From Blastocystis sp. Blastoise (taxonomy: Eukaryota; Protista; Bigyra: Opalinata): 64,000 bases of DNA. Of the stretch, positions 1-15,034 are shown piece after piece (position 1 is the stretch's first letter; the number at the start of each line of letters is the position of its first letter). A program made the translations under genes and the position numbers. The notes beneath the pieces were generated by a model, which made no database searches, had not been told where the DNA came from, and was given only the letters and a program-made list of their open reading frames with translations. The DNA is taken from NCBI GenBank assembly GCA_039096225.1, contig JBBPEB010000027.1, forward strand, positions 62,001 through 126,000, given 5' to 3'.

Positions 1-1798
1 CATAATGTTGTTAAGATTGACAATTTCTTACATATTAGAATTGATAGAAAAAATTCATTGATGCTAAAATGATGTTATATAAAGAAAAAAGGAGTTTTAA
101 TGATGTTTTCTAATACATGATTGCATTGATTATTTTCCATTTTAAGCGATTTGCTTTCTTCTGTATATCTTAACAGCTTAATAATATATGTTATATAATA
201 GTGGCATTAAAAATAAATGATAAAAATAATTATAGAAAGAAAAATAACATAAACCATTTTTTAATAGTAAAATCTAGTTGATCATGTAATAAATGGTCAA
301 AATGAGAAGTTGAAGATAAATAAATAGCTGTATCTTATTGAAATAGTATTCTAATTTATTTTCATGATATTAAAAATGTAAAATATCTATTTAAGAAAAA
401 TATTGTTATAGAACTTATATAGGTATATATATAATAGTATATGTATATATCAGAATTAATTTTTGAAATATATATATATAAATATGTATAAATTGTGAAC
501 TTCTGAATTATAATAAACAATAAAAAATAATTACAAATACTTTTTCTATCTTATATGGTAAATATATGGTTTCTATATATAAAAGAAATTAGTGTCACAC
601 TTTTATACTTATAACATAATAAGAAAAAAATTTTAATGTTATTTTTCTATTATTTAAATAAAATCAAGTTAATAATTATTCTAAAGATGCTTATATATTT
701 ATTACAAGTGAAATTGATTATAAAAATGATCTTTTATTTAAAAGAACGTTAAAAAATATTTTAAATATTTATTACTTATTATATTTATTTGTTTTTATTT
801 TAGTTGTTATAGGTGCCAGTTTTTATCTTTATAATTCACATTTATGTTCACAATTCATTAAATACATATCTTTAAATATAAAAATTCTTATGATATTATT
901 TAATATATTGAAATAATAGTTATTTAAAGAAATAATTTTTATTTTATAATTTATTTTATTTATTACTATTATATTAATACATATCACGTAGTACTATTTA
1001 CATAATTTATTAAAGTGTGAGAGAATAAACAAAAATAAAAAAACGGGAAAGCAAAATTAAACATATTTCGTACTTGTATACTAATCAATGTTTTATATAT
1101 AGAACATTTCATAGATATTTCTTTTTTTAAATTAAATACCGTCACCAAAACATAATACTGAGTTATAAATATATTTATATGTCTTATATACGTAGTTTAT
1201 GAGTTTGCTAATGTTTTTAAGCCATAAAAAGCAAAATTACTAATAGAATTGTAATACAACATTTTTATAAAATATTTAGTAGTAATTTCTTTATTAGAGT
1301 CTATACATGAAATGACACTTTTAAAACACCTATTCTTGTTTAATTCATTATCAGGTAAGCATAATAAGTAAAATGATATATATATTCTGAATATTGAATG
1401 CTTTTCTAAGCAAATTTACTAGTTAATCGTGTTTGTAATAATGTTTAACTTTACATAGAAAAGACTTTATTTATATATACAGTTAGATATTATGACAAAA
1501 TAATCAAATTAAATAAGCTAGATATGTAAAATAAGCTACATAAGGCAACAATTGCTACATTTATTGTGTTAAAGAAGCTTAAAAGTCACTTCTAACTATC
1601 CAACAAATAATTTAATATTGACTAAAATACGATTGGCATAGTATATTTATAAATTAATGTGTCTGGTCGATAATCATTATGTCTTATTAATATCAAAAAT
1701 AGTAAATATTTCCTATATAATGGCTTTATTAAAAGAAATGCTATATATCTTAAGAGAAAACCTTCTTTATGAGAAGATATATAAAAAATAAAAATAAC

Positions 1799-1831
1799 CA
1801 AAAACGCGTCATAATCGAGACAAAAACGCGT
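1799..1831. promoter_or_regulatory. Tandem CAAAAACGCGT direct repeat (two ACGCGT / MCB-like boxes)
   Basis: CAAAAACGCGT at 1799-1809 and 1821-1831, CpG-rich in an extremely AT-rich background. No target gene identified. Confidence 0.3.
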
Positions 1832-2128
1832 TAATTGTAGAAATACTTGATAATTTGTTATCTAACAATTGCATCACAAAGATTGTTATATTCATGTATT
1901 AATTCAATTATATATATCTATTCATTAGAGTTAGAATACTACAGTTAAATAGACTATCTTAATATATCCTATATTTATTTATAATCCATCTCTTTCTAAT
2001 ATATATTGTATAGTATCTTTCCATTTTTCATTATTATATATAAAATCATTTTTTTCTATCATCTCTTCTTTCTCTACTATAGTATTCCATATATATTACA
2101 ATACTATTAATTATTTTTAATTATCTAC

Positions 2129-2210
2129 ATTTTTAATTCTTCTTCATAAGAAAATTGACGAAAAACAATATTTTTAATTCTTCTTCATAGGAAAATTAAC
2201 GAAAATCAAT
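2129..2210. repeat. Tandem duplication of a 41-bp unit
   Basis: atttttaattcttcttcataagaaaattgacgaaaaacaat followed by a copy with 3 mismatches. Confidence 0.85.
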
Positions 2211-4205
2211 TTATTCTACTTATCAAAAAAATCATAAGTAAATGAAAAGTATTTGATATTAAGAAAACTCAGCTAAATATCACCATCATCAGTTCTTCAA
2301 TTCTTTCCAGATTACTTATAGAAATACAACTACTAAACTATTTGTTATTCTTTTTGGAAGAAATTAAAGAAGATTAACACCTTTAGACCAAGTATAATCA
2401 ATTTCATTATCATTATTATACATATTAGCATCACATTCATGAACATATGAAGATTCTTGGATAATTATAATTGGATCATCAGCAATTTTATCATTCATTC
2501 ATTGATAATTTCTTGTTAGTCAATTCACCAATTCATTCACTGACTCAACTGAATGAATACAGAAACATATTGACTTACTTAAAAAGCCAATCAAATCACT
2601 AATCAGTTTTTCAAAATGAATTATATAATCATGAATATCACCTATCTTACTACATTCAAATTCTACCTTCTTTTCACCATTTTTTATCATAAAAGAAATG
2701 AAATAAACAAAAATAACATAATTTGAAAAAATTTCGATTATTTCTGTGAAATTTGTTTTTCCTCTTTATTCGTCTATTGTTCATTTATAATTATTACTAT
2801 TATATTAGATGTTTATTAATAAACGTTATTTACAAGTTTATTTCATAATTTCCTTGAAATAAATATTTCATTGTGGATCTTCACTTCATTGATTACTTTA
2901 GATAGCTGATTTGATACTCATTCCACATTTAGAAGAATCTATAAGTAAGATAATATTTTCATTTTTTCATATCATTTACTTTACTTAGAATTTGATGAAT
3001 AATCTTCTTATTTTTCTATGTATACATCTTTATTTTTCTTTATAAGGTGTCTATAGATATATATTTGATAATTATAGTTTCTAATGATACGATTATCAAG
3101 TTTTTCTTGAAATTATTCCTGATTTCTAGCTATATTTAATAAATTCTTTATTGTTATATATTATATTTACTATACATATCTCTATTCATCGAATACTATC
3201 TTTTCTATATCTTATTGATACAATTATCTCTCCTTCTTATTCTTAGTCTTCTACTTCTTTTTCAAAATATTTAATTCATCATATTATAATTTATTAATTG
3301 ATCAAGATATTTTTTTTATTAAACATAATTATTATAATATATTATATAGAATAACAGTAGTTTTTAATTTATATTCTAAGATAGAATATCATTATAAATA
3401 TATATTGTATATATGTCACTACTTTAATAATATGTATGTATGATTATTAAGAATTATAGTATTATACATATATTTTATAATTCTTAATAATAATTAATAT
3501 TATAGAATCATTTATTGTGAAATAGTGGTAAAAGAATTAAATCATAAATATGTCAAATAAATACTTTTTATCAGTATTTATAATTCATTTAATAAAATAT
3601 TCTCGCTACTATTTCCATTTAATTATATAAAAAAAAGAAACTATTCTATATTATAAATATATATAACTTATTCAAGAATTTGTAAAGCTATATATATCTC
3701 ATATTTCATTTTAACACATGTTGTGAAACTGTTTAAAAAAATTATTTTGTATAATTAAACTACAAATAAAATTACAATATATTTACATTAAACAAATCTA
3801 ATTAATTCTTTCATTATATTAAGATAAATAGATCTCCAAAACATTTTTTCTTTTATTTTTAAAACTATATATAGTAATAATTATACTTTTCTATATTTAG
3901 GATATCATTGTCATAATAAGAATTCCGTAGAAGAATTGTTTTTACTTTTAACAGAATAATTAATAAAAATAATAGAATAATGAATTCATAATAATCACAA
4001 ATAATATTTTATAATATTTATATATAAAATTGTTATTATTGTTTATGTTATCTAGTTTGAACTATATAAAGCAAATAAAAGAAATAATTCCATATATATA
4101 TAAAATTAATAAGAACATAATATATAATAATCAAAATAGATAAAAAAAAATAAATATAACAGTATAAGTAATAAAAATATATAAATAAAAGAATTTAATT
4201 ATCAT

Positions 4206-4960
4206 TTATGAGTGTATAATCCACATGATTTTCTTGAATAAATTTAGAACATTTTAGTTTATGTATATAGTTATTAATGTTTCTAGACGAAATGTTACGA
4301 TCTATATAATAAAATAGCATAAATAAAAATAACTATATATATACAGATATTCAAGAATAACTCTTTCAATTTAGGAAATTTTCCAGTAGTAATAAATTTA
4401 ATAAGTTTTGATAATTGTTTATCAGAATAAATATCTAAAAGAACAAGTATATTATATAGTATATATATAAATACATAATATTATTTTTTTTGTGTTTTTA
4501 GTTTTATTATCTTTTATACAATCAAATAATGTTTCAATCTCATATTTACTCATCGTTTCATCTAAATAAGTATACTACTTTTATCTGATATATATATATA
4601 TACCTTTTGCACCAATAATTGCATTCATATATGAATTAGTATCATATTTACATCCAGTGACTTCCAAAAGGCCCTTTTTTTTTGCGGTGCCGCAATTGTC
4701 ACAGAAAAATGTGACACTTTTGTTAATTTTTGACAGTGTAAAAATATTTATTATTATATTAAGTCATATTAAGTCTGACTTAAAGTGACTTTATGTGACT
4801 GTCAAAAAAAGTCACCGCAAGTGTCACAAAAAGTCGGGAAGGCACTGGTGAAGAAATTCTTCAAAGGCTTATATCCAAATACTATCTATCATGTTTATTA
4901 TATAAATGATATTTATTTATATTCATGTTTTTACTATAAAAAATATTCAAAACACTAATA
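4206..4960 (-). pseudogene. 3' remnant of a BTB/LRR-like family gene, interrupted by a 195-bp element
   Basis: Minus-strand pieces (FLQCKYDTNSYMNAIIGAK; ITTGKFPKLKEL; SKFIQENHVDYTL) match the last exons of the 10265-13865 gene. The 5' part is not recognisable; the upstream boundary is approximate. Confidence 0.75.
4654..4848. mobile_element. 195-bp non-autonomous TIR element (MITE-like)
   Basis: Ends CCAGTGACTTCC ... GGAAGGCACTGG (11/12 inverted match), with internal TGTCAC/GTGAC/AAGTCA motifs. Removing it restores the host reading frame. Confidence 0.85.
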
Positions 4961-5949
4961 TAAAAAGATTATCTCAAACATATAAAGAAAACATAATATA
5001 TTTATTTATTATTATATTAATATTTTATTTTCATATGTTAAAGAATCACTATTTAAATGAACTAAATATTTTTTTTCACTTGATGTTTGTTAAAAATCAC
5101 TTAAGACTCAGAAAAGATGGTTATATAGGTTTTTTCTACATAATTATATATTATTTATTCTTATGAATATCCCATTGATGAGATGTCTGTAGCTGTCAAA
5201 AAAAATTAAAAGTTATTATTGAATATACTCTAAAAAAAGTATCGAAGAAAACTAGATTAGAATATATAGAATTGAATGAAATGCCTGCTCATTTTTCTTT
5301 TATTAATATTTTTGTTACTATCTGTTCATTTCCTTGTCTTAATCAGAATATTACATAATATTCAATTCAATTCAATCAATTATTCACTATTTCCCATACT
5401 ATTTGTTTTCTATCTTCAATTTCTTGCCATTAATAAAGAATTCTATTAAGATAATGTGTTTGAATAGCTTAAAAATGTTATATCTACAAATTTTATTTAT
5501 ATTAATGCAGTATACTGATTATTTGATGATATCATATTATATTCATTCTTAAATTAATCATATATATAGTATTCAACTATGGCTTTTTAATAGCAATTTA
5601 ATTAATGAAACAGTACTTGTTTATCATGTAATATTATTTGTTAAACGACATAAATATATCACCTAAAACGAATTAATAAAGATAAAACAACACAAAAAAT
5701 AAGTTGAATTTCAGACAATATAAAAACGAATCATAACTAATTATATAATGAAATATCTATAAAGTCAAAATGTAATAGTAAATTTCTATATTCATATAGA
5801 AAAGGATGGTAATAGACATTATAATACTATTTTTATAATAATTAATATGAATTATTATTATTATGTATAATATTAAAATATATTTCGATAGAACAATAAG
5901 ATTATATATATAAAGATATTTATTCATAAATAAAGGTACACTGTAGTTG

Positions 5950-8568
5950 AACAGATTCAAAAATAATTAATATCAATTCTTAAAAAGAGAAAATAAAATA
6001 TACTATTAAATACTATGTTAAAAATTTCTTATATATTAAAACTTTATACTCATATAGAATAATAAAGAATTACATCTCCATTATTATTAGAAGATGAATT
6101 AATAGAATATATCTTTAATTTAGAAATAGGTTCGTTAATGGACATTAAGATCGATCTATATATATTCATTTAAGTAGTTTCTGGTATCCATATATTTTGT
6201 GTTTCATGGAATATTATTTGTATACCAAATAAAGTATTTATAGGTATAGTTGAGAATAATCTAGGGACTAATATATATTCTAATTGATCTTGTTTACAAA
6301 AATAAGTAATAGAATAGCTAATAGAATTCTTAATATCTGTATCTACATAATAATTATTGAAAGGTATTTTCTTATTATTTCTATAAGGATGTTGACAATA
6401 GTTCTTTGATTCATCAATAGTAGTCTCTATAGTAATAGGAATAGATTCAGAATAGGAAATTAATTTTGAAATGATTTAATTGAATGAATATATCATGGGA
6501 TTTATGATTGGATCTAAGTTTTGCTATTTTACATGAAGGTTTACAAACATCTTGAGCAAATCGTACATCTATAAAATCATCTATTTCACATAATTTATGA
6601 CGACCTAATAATAACTCTATTGACCATATTCCAGGAGTACTAAAATAATCAATATCTTGTTGTACTATATCCATATTCTTTCTAGGATTTAAAATTGCTC
6701 CTTCTTCATTCTTTACAATAAAAAATGCTTCAAAAGAATAAGATATTCCTCTTACTAAAACTGAATATGTGTACAAATTGATTCATCACAAATAATAATG
6801 TAAATCAAATTCATAATATTCATATTCAGTATTTATATAATAAAACTTCAGTATAACATGAAAAATAATTATTCCATAATGTTCCGAAAGAATACAATCT
6901 GATTGACCTACTAAGCCTATATTTTCAATATCAAAAAATCTACAGTTATGTATATTAGCTATTTCTTGTTTAAAATCGATATATATATTGTCAAATATAC
7001 TAATGTAAAGACCTGATTTTGTTGTAGTTTTCTTGGAATAATTTGTTTAGAGGATAAAGGAAGAAGAAAAAGTTGAATAGAAGAGATATAAACAGAAGAA
7101 GATGAAGATAAAATAAATTTATAATATTGATATTGTTGATTATGATGAGATAATTCATATATATTATTATTCTTATTATTCTTATATATATCTAATAATA
7201 TCCAATTTTCTTTATTATTTTCTTTATTAGATCCATAGATTTTCCATTCTAGAAAAGTATTATTAGTATTTCATTTTATATCCATTTATATATATAGGAG
7301 AGAGAGTAGAGATATAAAGAGAAATAGATGTGTTATTTAAAAGAATAGGTTTAATATTATTTTCATCAAGGAGTGAATTAAAAGTATTTTGAGAGAGATG
7401 ATAAGAGGAAGCTCAACGAATAGAAAGAGGAGATAAAATAGGTAAATAATCTATAGGGATAAAAATATTATTATTTATATGTAAATATATACCAATATTA
7501 TTTGTGAAATAGCCGAGTATATTATAAGAAGAAGCTAACTTTTTATGATTCTCAGTAGTATGTAGTTCTATAGCTACTTTCAATAGAGTAAGAATAGTAG
7601 AAGAAACAAGAAAGTTTTTAGGAATGATTATTCTATACGATAATAAATAAATAATTATTAATATAGTAAAAATACTGTTTATATGTTGGCTTCTCTTCAA
7701 TAGAGAGAGAAGGAGTATTTTCATTGATTTTAGAAGATCTATATATAAATTAAATAGAAATATAAATATATAAACTAAACATACTCAGGTAATAAATAAC
7801 TATACATTTGAATTCCATTTATATAAACAATAAATCCACTTTGACTTTGAATAGATAATTGAAGAACAGCAAATAAATCATCTACAGTTATATCTTTTCT
7901 AAAATAAGTAGTTATTCCAGCATTCTTTATTTCTTTATTTATATAATCTTCACCCCATTCTTCTATGTTATTTTCCTTCCAAGAAGCAGTATCAACCTTT
8001 GTAGAATACCTCCAGTGAGTCTTAGAAACAAATATAAATGACACTATAATAATATTAACTCAATATATTTTCTAAAATAATATATATAATTAAATATAAC
8101 TCTTTTAGATCCTAAATCCTCTTCATTCAGACGAGTTCTAACAATAATAATTTTGTTGTATAGTAGACTTACAGAAGAACCATTAATCCATGAAGTTTTA
8201 TTCCTAAAATGGAGCTTAATAAATATACTTTAAATGAAAATACATTGACGATAATTCAAGAGTATAATCATTAAATCAATCTAAACAAGATTTGTATATT
8301 ACCATAGAATCTTGATTAGCAGTAGATTCGTCTCGGAAGTTAAAACTTGTTCTTAAATTAGTAGATTCAGTTGAATATAGTTGAACAATCTCTCTGTAAT
8401 TTTTTGCATAATTTCTCTGAATTATTATCTCATGATTTCCAGTAGAACATGCTTGAATAACTATAGTGAAAGAACAGAAAATTTTAATAATGATAACAAA
8501 TAATTTTTTGTTATGAACATACTTATCAATAACATTATAAACACGAAGATTTGCATATAATTTCTCAT
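5950..8568 (-). pseudogene. Decayed secreted/surface protein, probably related to the 57761+ gene family
   Basis: Signal-like start MRNYMQIFVFIMLLI|IIQACSTGNHEIIIQRNY and exon WRYS...TTYFRKDITV...GFIVYINGIQMY. Downstream of ~7740 the frame is broken by frameshifts and stops; the 3' end is approximate. Confidence 0.6.
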
Positions 8569-10264
8569 TTTCTATGCTTAATTATTCACATGCCAAATAG
8601 AAAACATTACTAATAAAGAATAATCTAACTATTGGTGAGTTGAATAGTATAATCATTTATGTTTCATAACTTGATTGCTTTAACAATTGTGAATTATTAT
8701 AAAAAAAGACTTTTTTCCAAAATGATGATTATTTTCATTTAATGACTTTTGTTTTTTAAAAAATCATGATTGTAATCCATTTTTTATTCTTACTTTATTT
8801 TACATTATTACCCATTTAATTTTTATTTATAACGATAGTTAATCTATTAAATGTTTTTAAAATCATGCTATTTATAAGAATATTGTTAAAATAAAGTAAA
8901 ATAGACGTAGAATTGTGATTCTTTGTTCAATCTGCTATAGCAAAAATGTCATTTTGTATTGATTATTAATTGAAATATTCTTGATATTATTAGCCAATAT
9001 TGATTACTTCTATATACCTTTTTTATCTACAATTTGATTTGTAATCTGCTTCATATGATCTATTTGAGCATTATTTTATATCAGTAATATTAAAAGTTTT
9101 ATCGTTTACGTTAATGAACTATTTCAAGTATGATTATGATGTTTTTTTTATACTCATTCCAATTTTTGCCTTAGTTTTCTTATGTATATATTTATAATTT
9201 ATCTATTATGCCTTTAATATCACTCTCTTTTCATTCAATACTATTTTATTTCCTTCAATTTCCTTCTGATTATTAGAATTTCTCTCTCTTTAATTCTTTT
9301 TCATTATATATCCTAGACTGATTGTAATTTTTAAAATAATTATTATATGTTATGTATATTTATCAGTATTATTTATAAATTATTATTAGTATATTCAGCA
9401 ACATTATTATTATCTAGGATATATAATATATGTATGTAGATCTATATTCATGATATATAAAACATTATTAATTACACATAATATATTCTTCATTTTATAT
9501 ATTAATGAATATCAACAATTAATAGCAAAATATTTATATAGAAAAGAAATTCAAACCCAACATTATAAATGATTATAGAGTTACTATCTTATAGAGTCAA
9601 TAAAAATTAACATATATATTTCAATAATATTTGAATACGATGTTTTAAAATATATTTATTCATTTTAATATCTACTTAACTACATATATAATTAAAATAT
9701 TCACAAATTTTTCTTTATATAATATGAAAGAATCTCACGTATCATCTATATAAATCAAACATTTTGTCATATTTTCATGATATATAACGTTTATGTATTT
9801 TATTCATTGTAAAACGAAAGTTGTCATTAAATGTAACATTATTTTTTAAACGTTAAAAGTCTTTTTATTCTTGTAGTATATGAACAAAATAACATATCAA
9901 AAAAGTTATTTATTATTTATTTTTTATATATCAAAAACTTGTAATAAAAAGGAATTAGTTGTCAAACTATAGGATATCATTGTAATAAATATAATTTCAT
10001 ATAAATAATTTTATCTTAAAGGAATATTTAATATATATAATAGAACAATGAATATGTTAACAACAATAAAAAAGCAATACACAATAAAATATACTTTAAG
10101 CATTAATAAATAATATATTTAATAATTATTATTCCATTATTTTTTGATTAAACAAAAAACAATATATATAATTCATAGAAACATTATTAAATAAAAAAAA
10201 TATAACACAATTGATTATTGAATATAAGACATTAAAACATAAAATAAGTTAATAACAAAATTGT

Positions 10265-13200
10265 TTATCTTACTTTTTTAAACTTATAATATACTTGATT
10301 CTCCTGAATAAATGCTGAATCATTCAATTGTTGTTTATATTCACCAATTATTTTATCTTTAACTACATAATCTAAAAATATAATATAGATATAAATAATT
10401 ATATACTATCATAAATAATAATAAACTCTTTCAATTTAGGAATCCTTCCAGTAATAATAAAAATAATTAGTTTCAATAATTGTTTTTTATCATAAATATC
10501 TATAAAATGATTATTTTATAGCATATTAAATATATACATACATATTATTAAGCTTCTCAAATCTTCAGTTTTATTTTCTTTTATACAATCTAATAACGTT
10601 TCTACTTCATACTTACTAATGTCTTTATCATGTGTGCCAATAATTGTGTCTATATATGAATTTGTATTATATTTATATTGAAGAATAGAAGCATTAGGAT
10701 CATATATATAATCATCATCAGATAGAACTGATTTCTCTAATCGGATGGTACTTGAAGATGGAAAATTATTATTATTCATACATTTACATAAGTTGTTAAA
10801 CAAGTTATTCAACCAGTTCTTATTATGGCTTTCTATAGATATATATAATGTTTCATAAAAACTATTATATATATATATTAAGTATTATACATAAATATTC
10901 ATGATTAGTAATAAAAAATGTATTATTATTTATATATATACGAATAGTGATAGATTTTAATTGAGGGAAATTATCAGTAGTATATAGTTCACAAAACGTA
11001 TTATCCTGTCTATCCATAACCTCTAGAATAATATTATATGCAAAATTTAAATAGATATAATATACTATTAATTTATAAATATTTTAGTTATATTCTATAT
11101 ATACCAAGAGTTAATTGAGCTGTATTATGAAAACAGCCTTTAGAAACTAATCGATTTATAAAAGGCATATTACAATCTAGAATAATAGTAAAAATGATAT
11201 AAATTATTATTCTTTATCATAAATAAATAAACAATTACCTTCTATTCTAATAATGGAAGACATAGGAATTAATTTCTTCATTATATCTTCAAAGGAAGTT
11301 AAATATTCAGTTGAAGAATTTATTTTTATACAACGTACTATATGTGTATTCATGAATTATATAATATAATATACAATTAATCGTTAATTTATGAATAATA
11401 TTAATAGTATTATCATTAAATAGATTTGATATGCATTTTAAGTATTCTACGCTAACAGTTTCATCAACTATAGATATTATAAAAAACATAATAAATATAT
11501 AAAAAGAATAATATACATGTAACATATAACTCATTCAAATGTTGTAATACATCACTCTTTAAGAATCTCTCTAATGAATTATTTACATCGATTTCATGTA
11601 GTTTATCATCTATAAATGAATACATAGTAGTATTATTATTAACTTTCAAGAATATATTTATTATATATTAATTAATACCTTTAAATCTTATACATAAACC
11701 ATCAATATTTTGCTTATTATTTTTAATAGAATCTAATATTTTGACATTTTCAGAATCCGAAGAATCAACTGAATAAAATATATAATAATAATAATACATT
11801 TAAAGCAGAAAGAAATAGAATATACTATAAAGTTTATCAAAGATAATAAGATCTTTCTCTAATAATTCTTTTAAATGAGGAAAAAAGTAAATTAACTTAT
11901 CTATAAATAAAAAGTACAGAATGACTTATAAAGAGATAGTTTTATAGAATAAATATGTATATATATGTAATACATGAATGTCTAGAAATTATATCAATAT
12001 GAATTGAATATTTTAAAGCCAAATCAGCTAAGTGAGAAACTATTTCTTCTTCTTGTTGCCCATAATCAATTTCATCAATATATATAGTATCAATCATAGA
12101 TATTAATTTCATAGGAAATAGGGAACTAAAATTACTAATATTTATTTCAATATCATATTGGATAATATGTAATTTTGGAAAACATTCTTTTTTTATTGAT
12201 GATAATTGGAAACATTCTTCATCATCATCATATATAAATTTAGTTACATTTGGAAATACATGAGTTGACATTATTTTATTAAACCATTTATCATCATTTT
12301 TATCATTCAAATATTTAACTATAATATATTATAAATATTGATAATAATAATATAATATACTCCATTTTACACTAATTATACTTAGAGAATCAAGAAAACC
12401 TTCTTCTAATGCTTTCAGGATAGTTGTCGAATCATATTCTTTATATTTATCTATATAAATAATTTATTTTGTTATATATGTATTTACAAAAATTTCTATC
12501 AATTGTTGAAATATCCAAATATGAAAATAAACGTAATAATTGAGATATACCCCATTCCGAAGAAGATTTTTGTATTCTATAATATAAATGTATATATATA
12601 TATGATCAAATATCTCATATTATAACATAAAACAATCATATACAAGACTTGTATTCTTCTTTTATTTTCTATATTGAATAATAAATCATAAATTTTTAAA
12701 TATATACTGCGATAATAAATGTAAACTCTATCTTCTTTTTTGTTATGATCATTTATTTGATTTATTTCTATTTGTGAATAATCATTTGTATATATAGCTT
12801 CATCAGCAATATATTTATATAATTTTGGTGATTGGCCCATTGTTCTTTTTATACCATGACCATGAATCAATTTATGAGAATAGATAGTATTCATATTTAA
12901 AGAAGAGTTATTATTTAATTCATTCATATCTGATTCTGTATAATATTCATATTTTTCAGGATTCTCTATTCTATAGTTATGTTCTTTAAATAAGCGAATA
13001 TATTCATTCATATATTCCTCACTATTTGGATTCAATAATAGTTCAGTCTTCTTATAATTAGTAGTTACTATACAATAGATTTATTAATATTAATTATATA
13101 TATACCAGTTATTGTTAATTCTTCTAATGAAGGGAATATATCTTGAATACACGATGGACATATATATTCTAATGGAATATTTGACGCATAATCATCTATA

Positions 13201-13865
13201 TATATATTATTTATACTGTATCAAATTTATTTACATGTAATATCAACTTCAGTAATATTCATCATTTTAAAAAGTAATGAATAATATAATAATTCATGCT
13301 TTCGTTGAGAATTAATTAATCCTATATATAAATCATATATTTTGGAAATAATAATAAAAAAATATACCATTAATATTTATTCTTGTTTTATCTGAACAAA
13401 GAAGATCTATAGGCATATTCAGCTGGTCATTTTCACCATAATATTTAGATACAATATAATTATTGTCTTTTAAATAATTAAAAAAAAGCCTTTTTATGTG
13501 AAATAATAAATCACATTGTTTTTTATAATCAATCGTAATTGAGTATTCAATAAGTGTTTTATATATATCATAACTATCTCGTAGATTTAATGAATCAATA
13601 TCCATGTTTTCTTCCATCAAAAAATCAATCACGCTTTTCATGCTTAATGAAGGCATATCTATATAATAACTACCATCCTCATATTTCTCAGAGTGTATGA
13701 TGATATCATAAAACAGTAATTGAGGATATTTCTCAATAAATTCTTTAGAAATCCATAATTGCGTCTCATCCTGGAATGTGAATAAATCTAGAAAAGCGAG
13801 TAAATATTTCTCAATAATATTTAAATACATTTATCTTCCGTTAATTGAAAATCACTTGTTGACAT
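10265..13865 (-). CDS. Multi-exon BTB/POZ-like N-terminal + LRR-like repeat protein (expanded family, copy A)
   Basis: LFTFQDETQLWISKEFIEKYPQL...YYIDMPS...VIDFL (BTB-like) followed by repeated FPxLxxL motifs (FPSLEEL, FPNVTKF, FPKLHII, FPQLKSI, FPKLKEF). Many GT-AG introns; paralog at 36431-40703. Confidence 0.75.
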
Positions 13866-14776
13866 CACTTGAATTCAACTATAATGACAATGTAATCCGA
13901 TATTAATATACTTATAAATATATTTTTTATATAATATAATAAATAAATACTTTAGAAATGGTTATACTCTATTATAAACATAATAAATCATAGATAAAAG
14001 AGCAAACAAAACTTGCAAATTCTTTAGAAGAATCTTCATGAAAATAAATAAAAAATGATTAGAGAATTGCTAAAAGACCGCGAATATATTTAGAAAGTTT
14101 TATTTTGTTGAATATGTCTCTTTAAGCAATTTTTGAGCATTTAAAGTGTTCTTTTAGATCAATTCATGCAATATAGATTCGTATAAAGAAAAAGAAATAC
14201 TGATATCAATTGATTTTTGATTTTTTTATTTGATTTTCTATTAATTATACTTTTTCAAACTTTGCTTTTATGCTCTAAGAATTTTAAAATAATAGATAGA
14301 TATGTTCAAGTGATTCAAATTATGTTTCTATAATGTGAATGAAGTCATTTTAAGATTAACTTACGAATTATTCAATAATTTTAATTAATATGATTTATAA
14401 ATATGAATATATAGTCTATAACATATTTAAAAATTGAAATATACCTTAGTTTAACCACATAAAAAACGTATTTTGTGTAATATTTGATATTAATATAAAA
14501 TAAAATACTTTTTTGAGTATAATAACAATCCTAGTATATAAATATTCATTAAAATGAATTATATATACATTATTGACTGATATAAATAGATGAAATAATC
14601 AAACATGAATTTTAAAACTTGTGAATTCATTTGAGGGATTCAGTTTACAACTGAAATTGTTTTAATAGTTTTATCATTTTATTATTGTCTATTTTTCATT
14701 CATATTCAATATTTAACACGTATTTCTTATTTTAAATACAAATATCAGATATCTCTGTTATTAAAATAATTAAATA

Positions 14777-15034
14777 ATGTTTGAAGAAGAGATGGAAAAA
14801 ATAAATTGTCAAGAAAAACAAAGTATTTTTTCTATTCTTACATACTAATCATAAATATATTATTGATAAAGCGTCATCTATATTACAGGATGAATCAAAA
14901 ATCACAATTTCAAATTCTCTTCTACAAAAATATCCGAATTCCATGTTTTCTTTGGTATCTATGAATACTAATGATTTCATAGAAGAATAAGAATCTTATT
15001 ACATTGATCTTCCATGTTCATCAATACTTAAAAT
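14777..15034 (+). pseudogene. 5' fragment of a BTB-family gene, split by the CACTA element
   Basis: LQDESKITISNSLLQKYPNSMF...DFIEE*ESYYIDLPCSSILK resembles the BTB exon of copies A and B and has an in-frame TAA. The frame continues as ICDQK after 31170 once the element and one AT are removed. Confidence 0.7.

Noticed and set aside
1-340. Possible minus-strand exon remnants at the window start
   Set aside because: Short, interrupted by a stop, and with no recognisable motif.
2270-3300. Coding-like minus-strand sequence (MIKNGEKKVEFECSKIGD...)
   Set aside because: Broken by stops and not assignable to any family; possibly an old pseudogene but unsupported.
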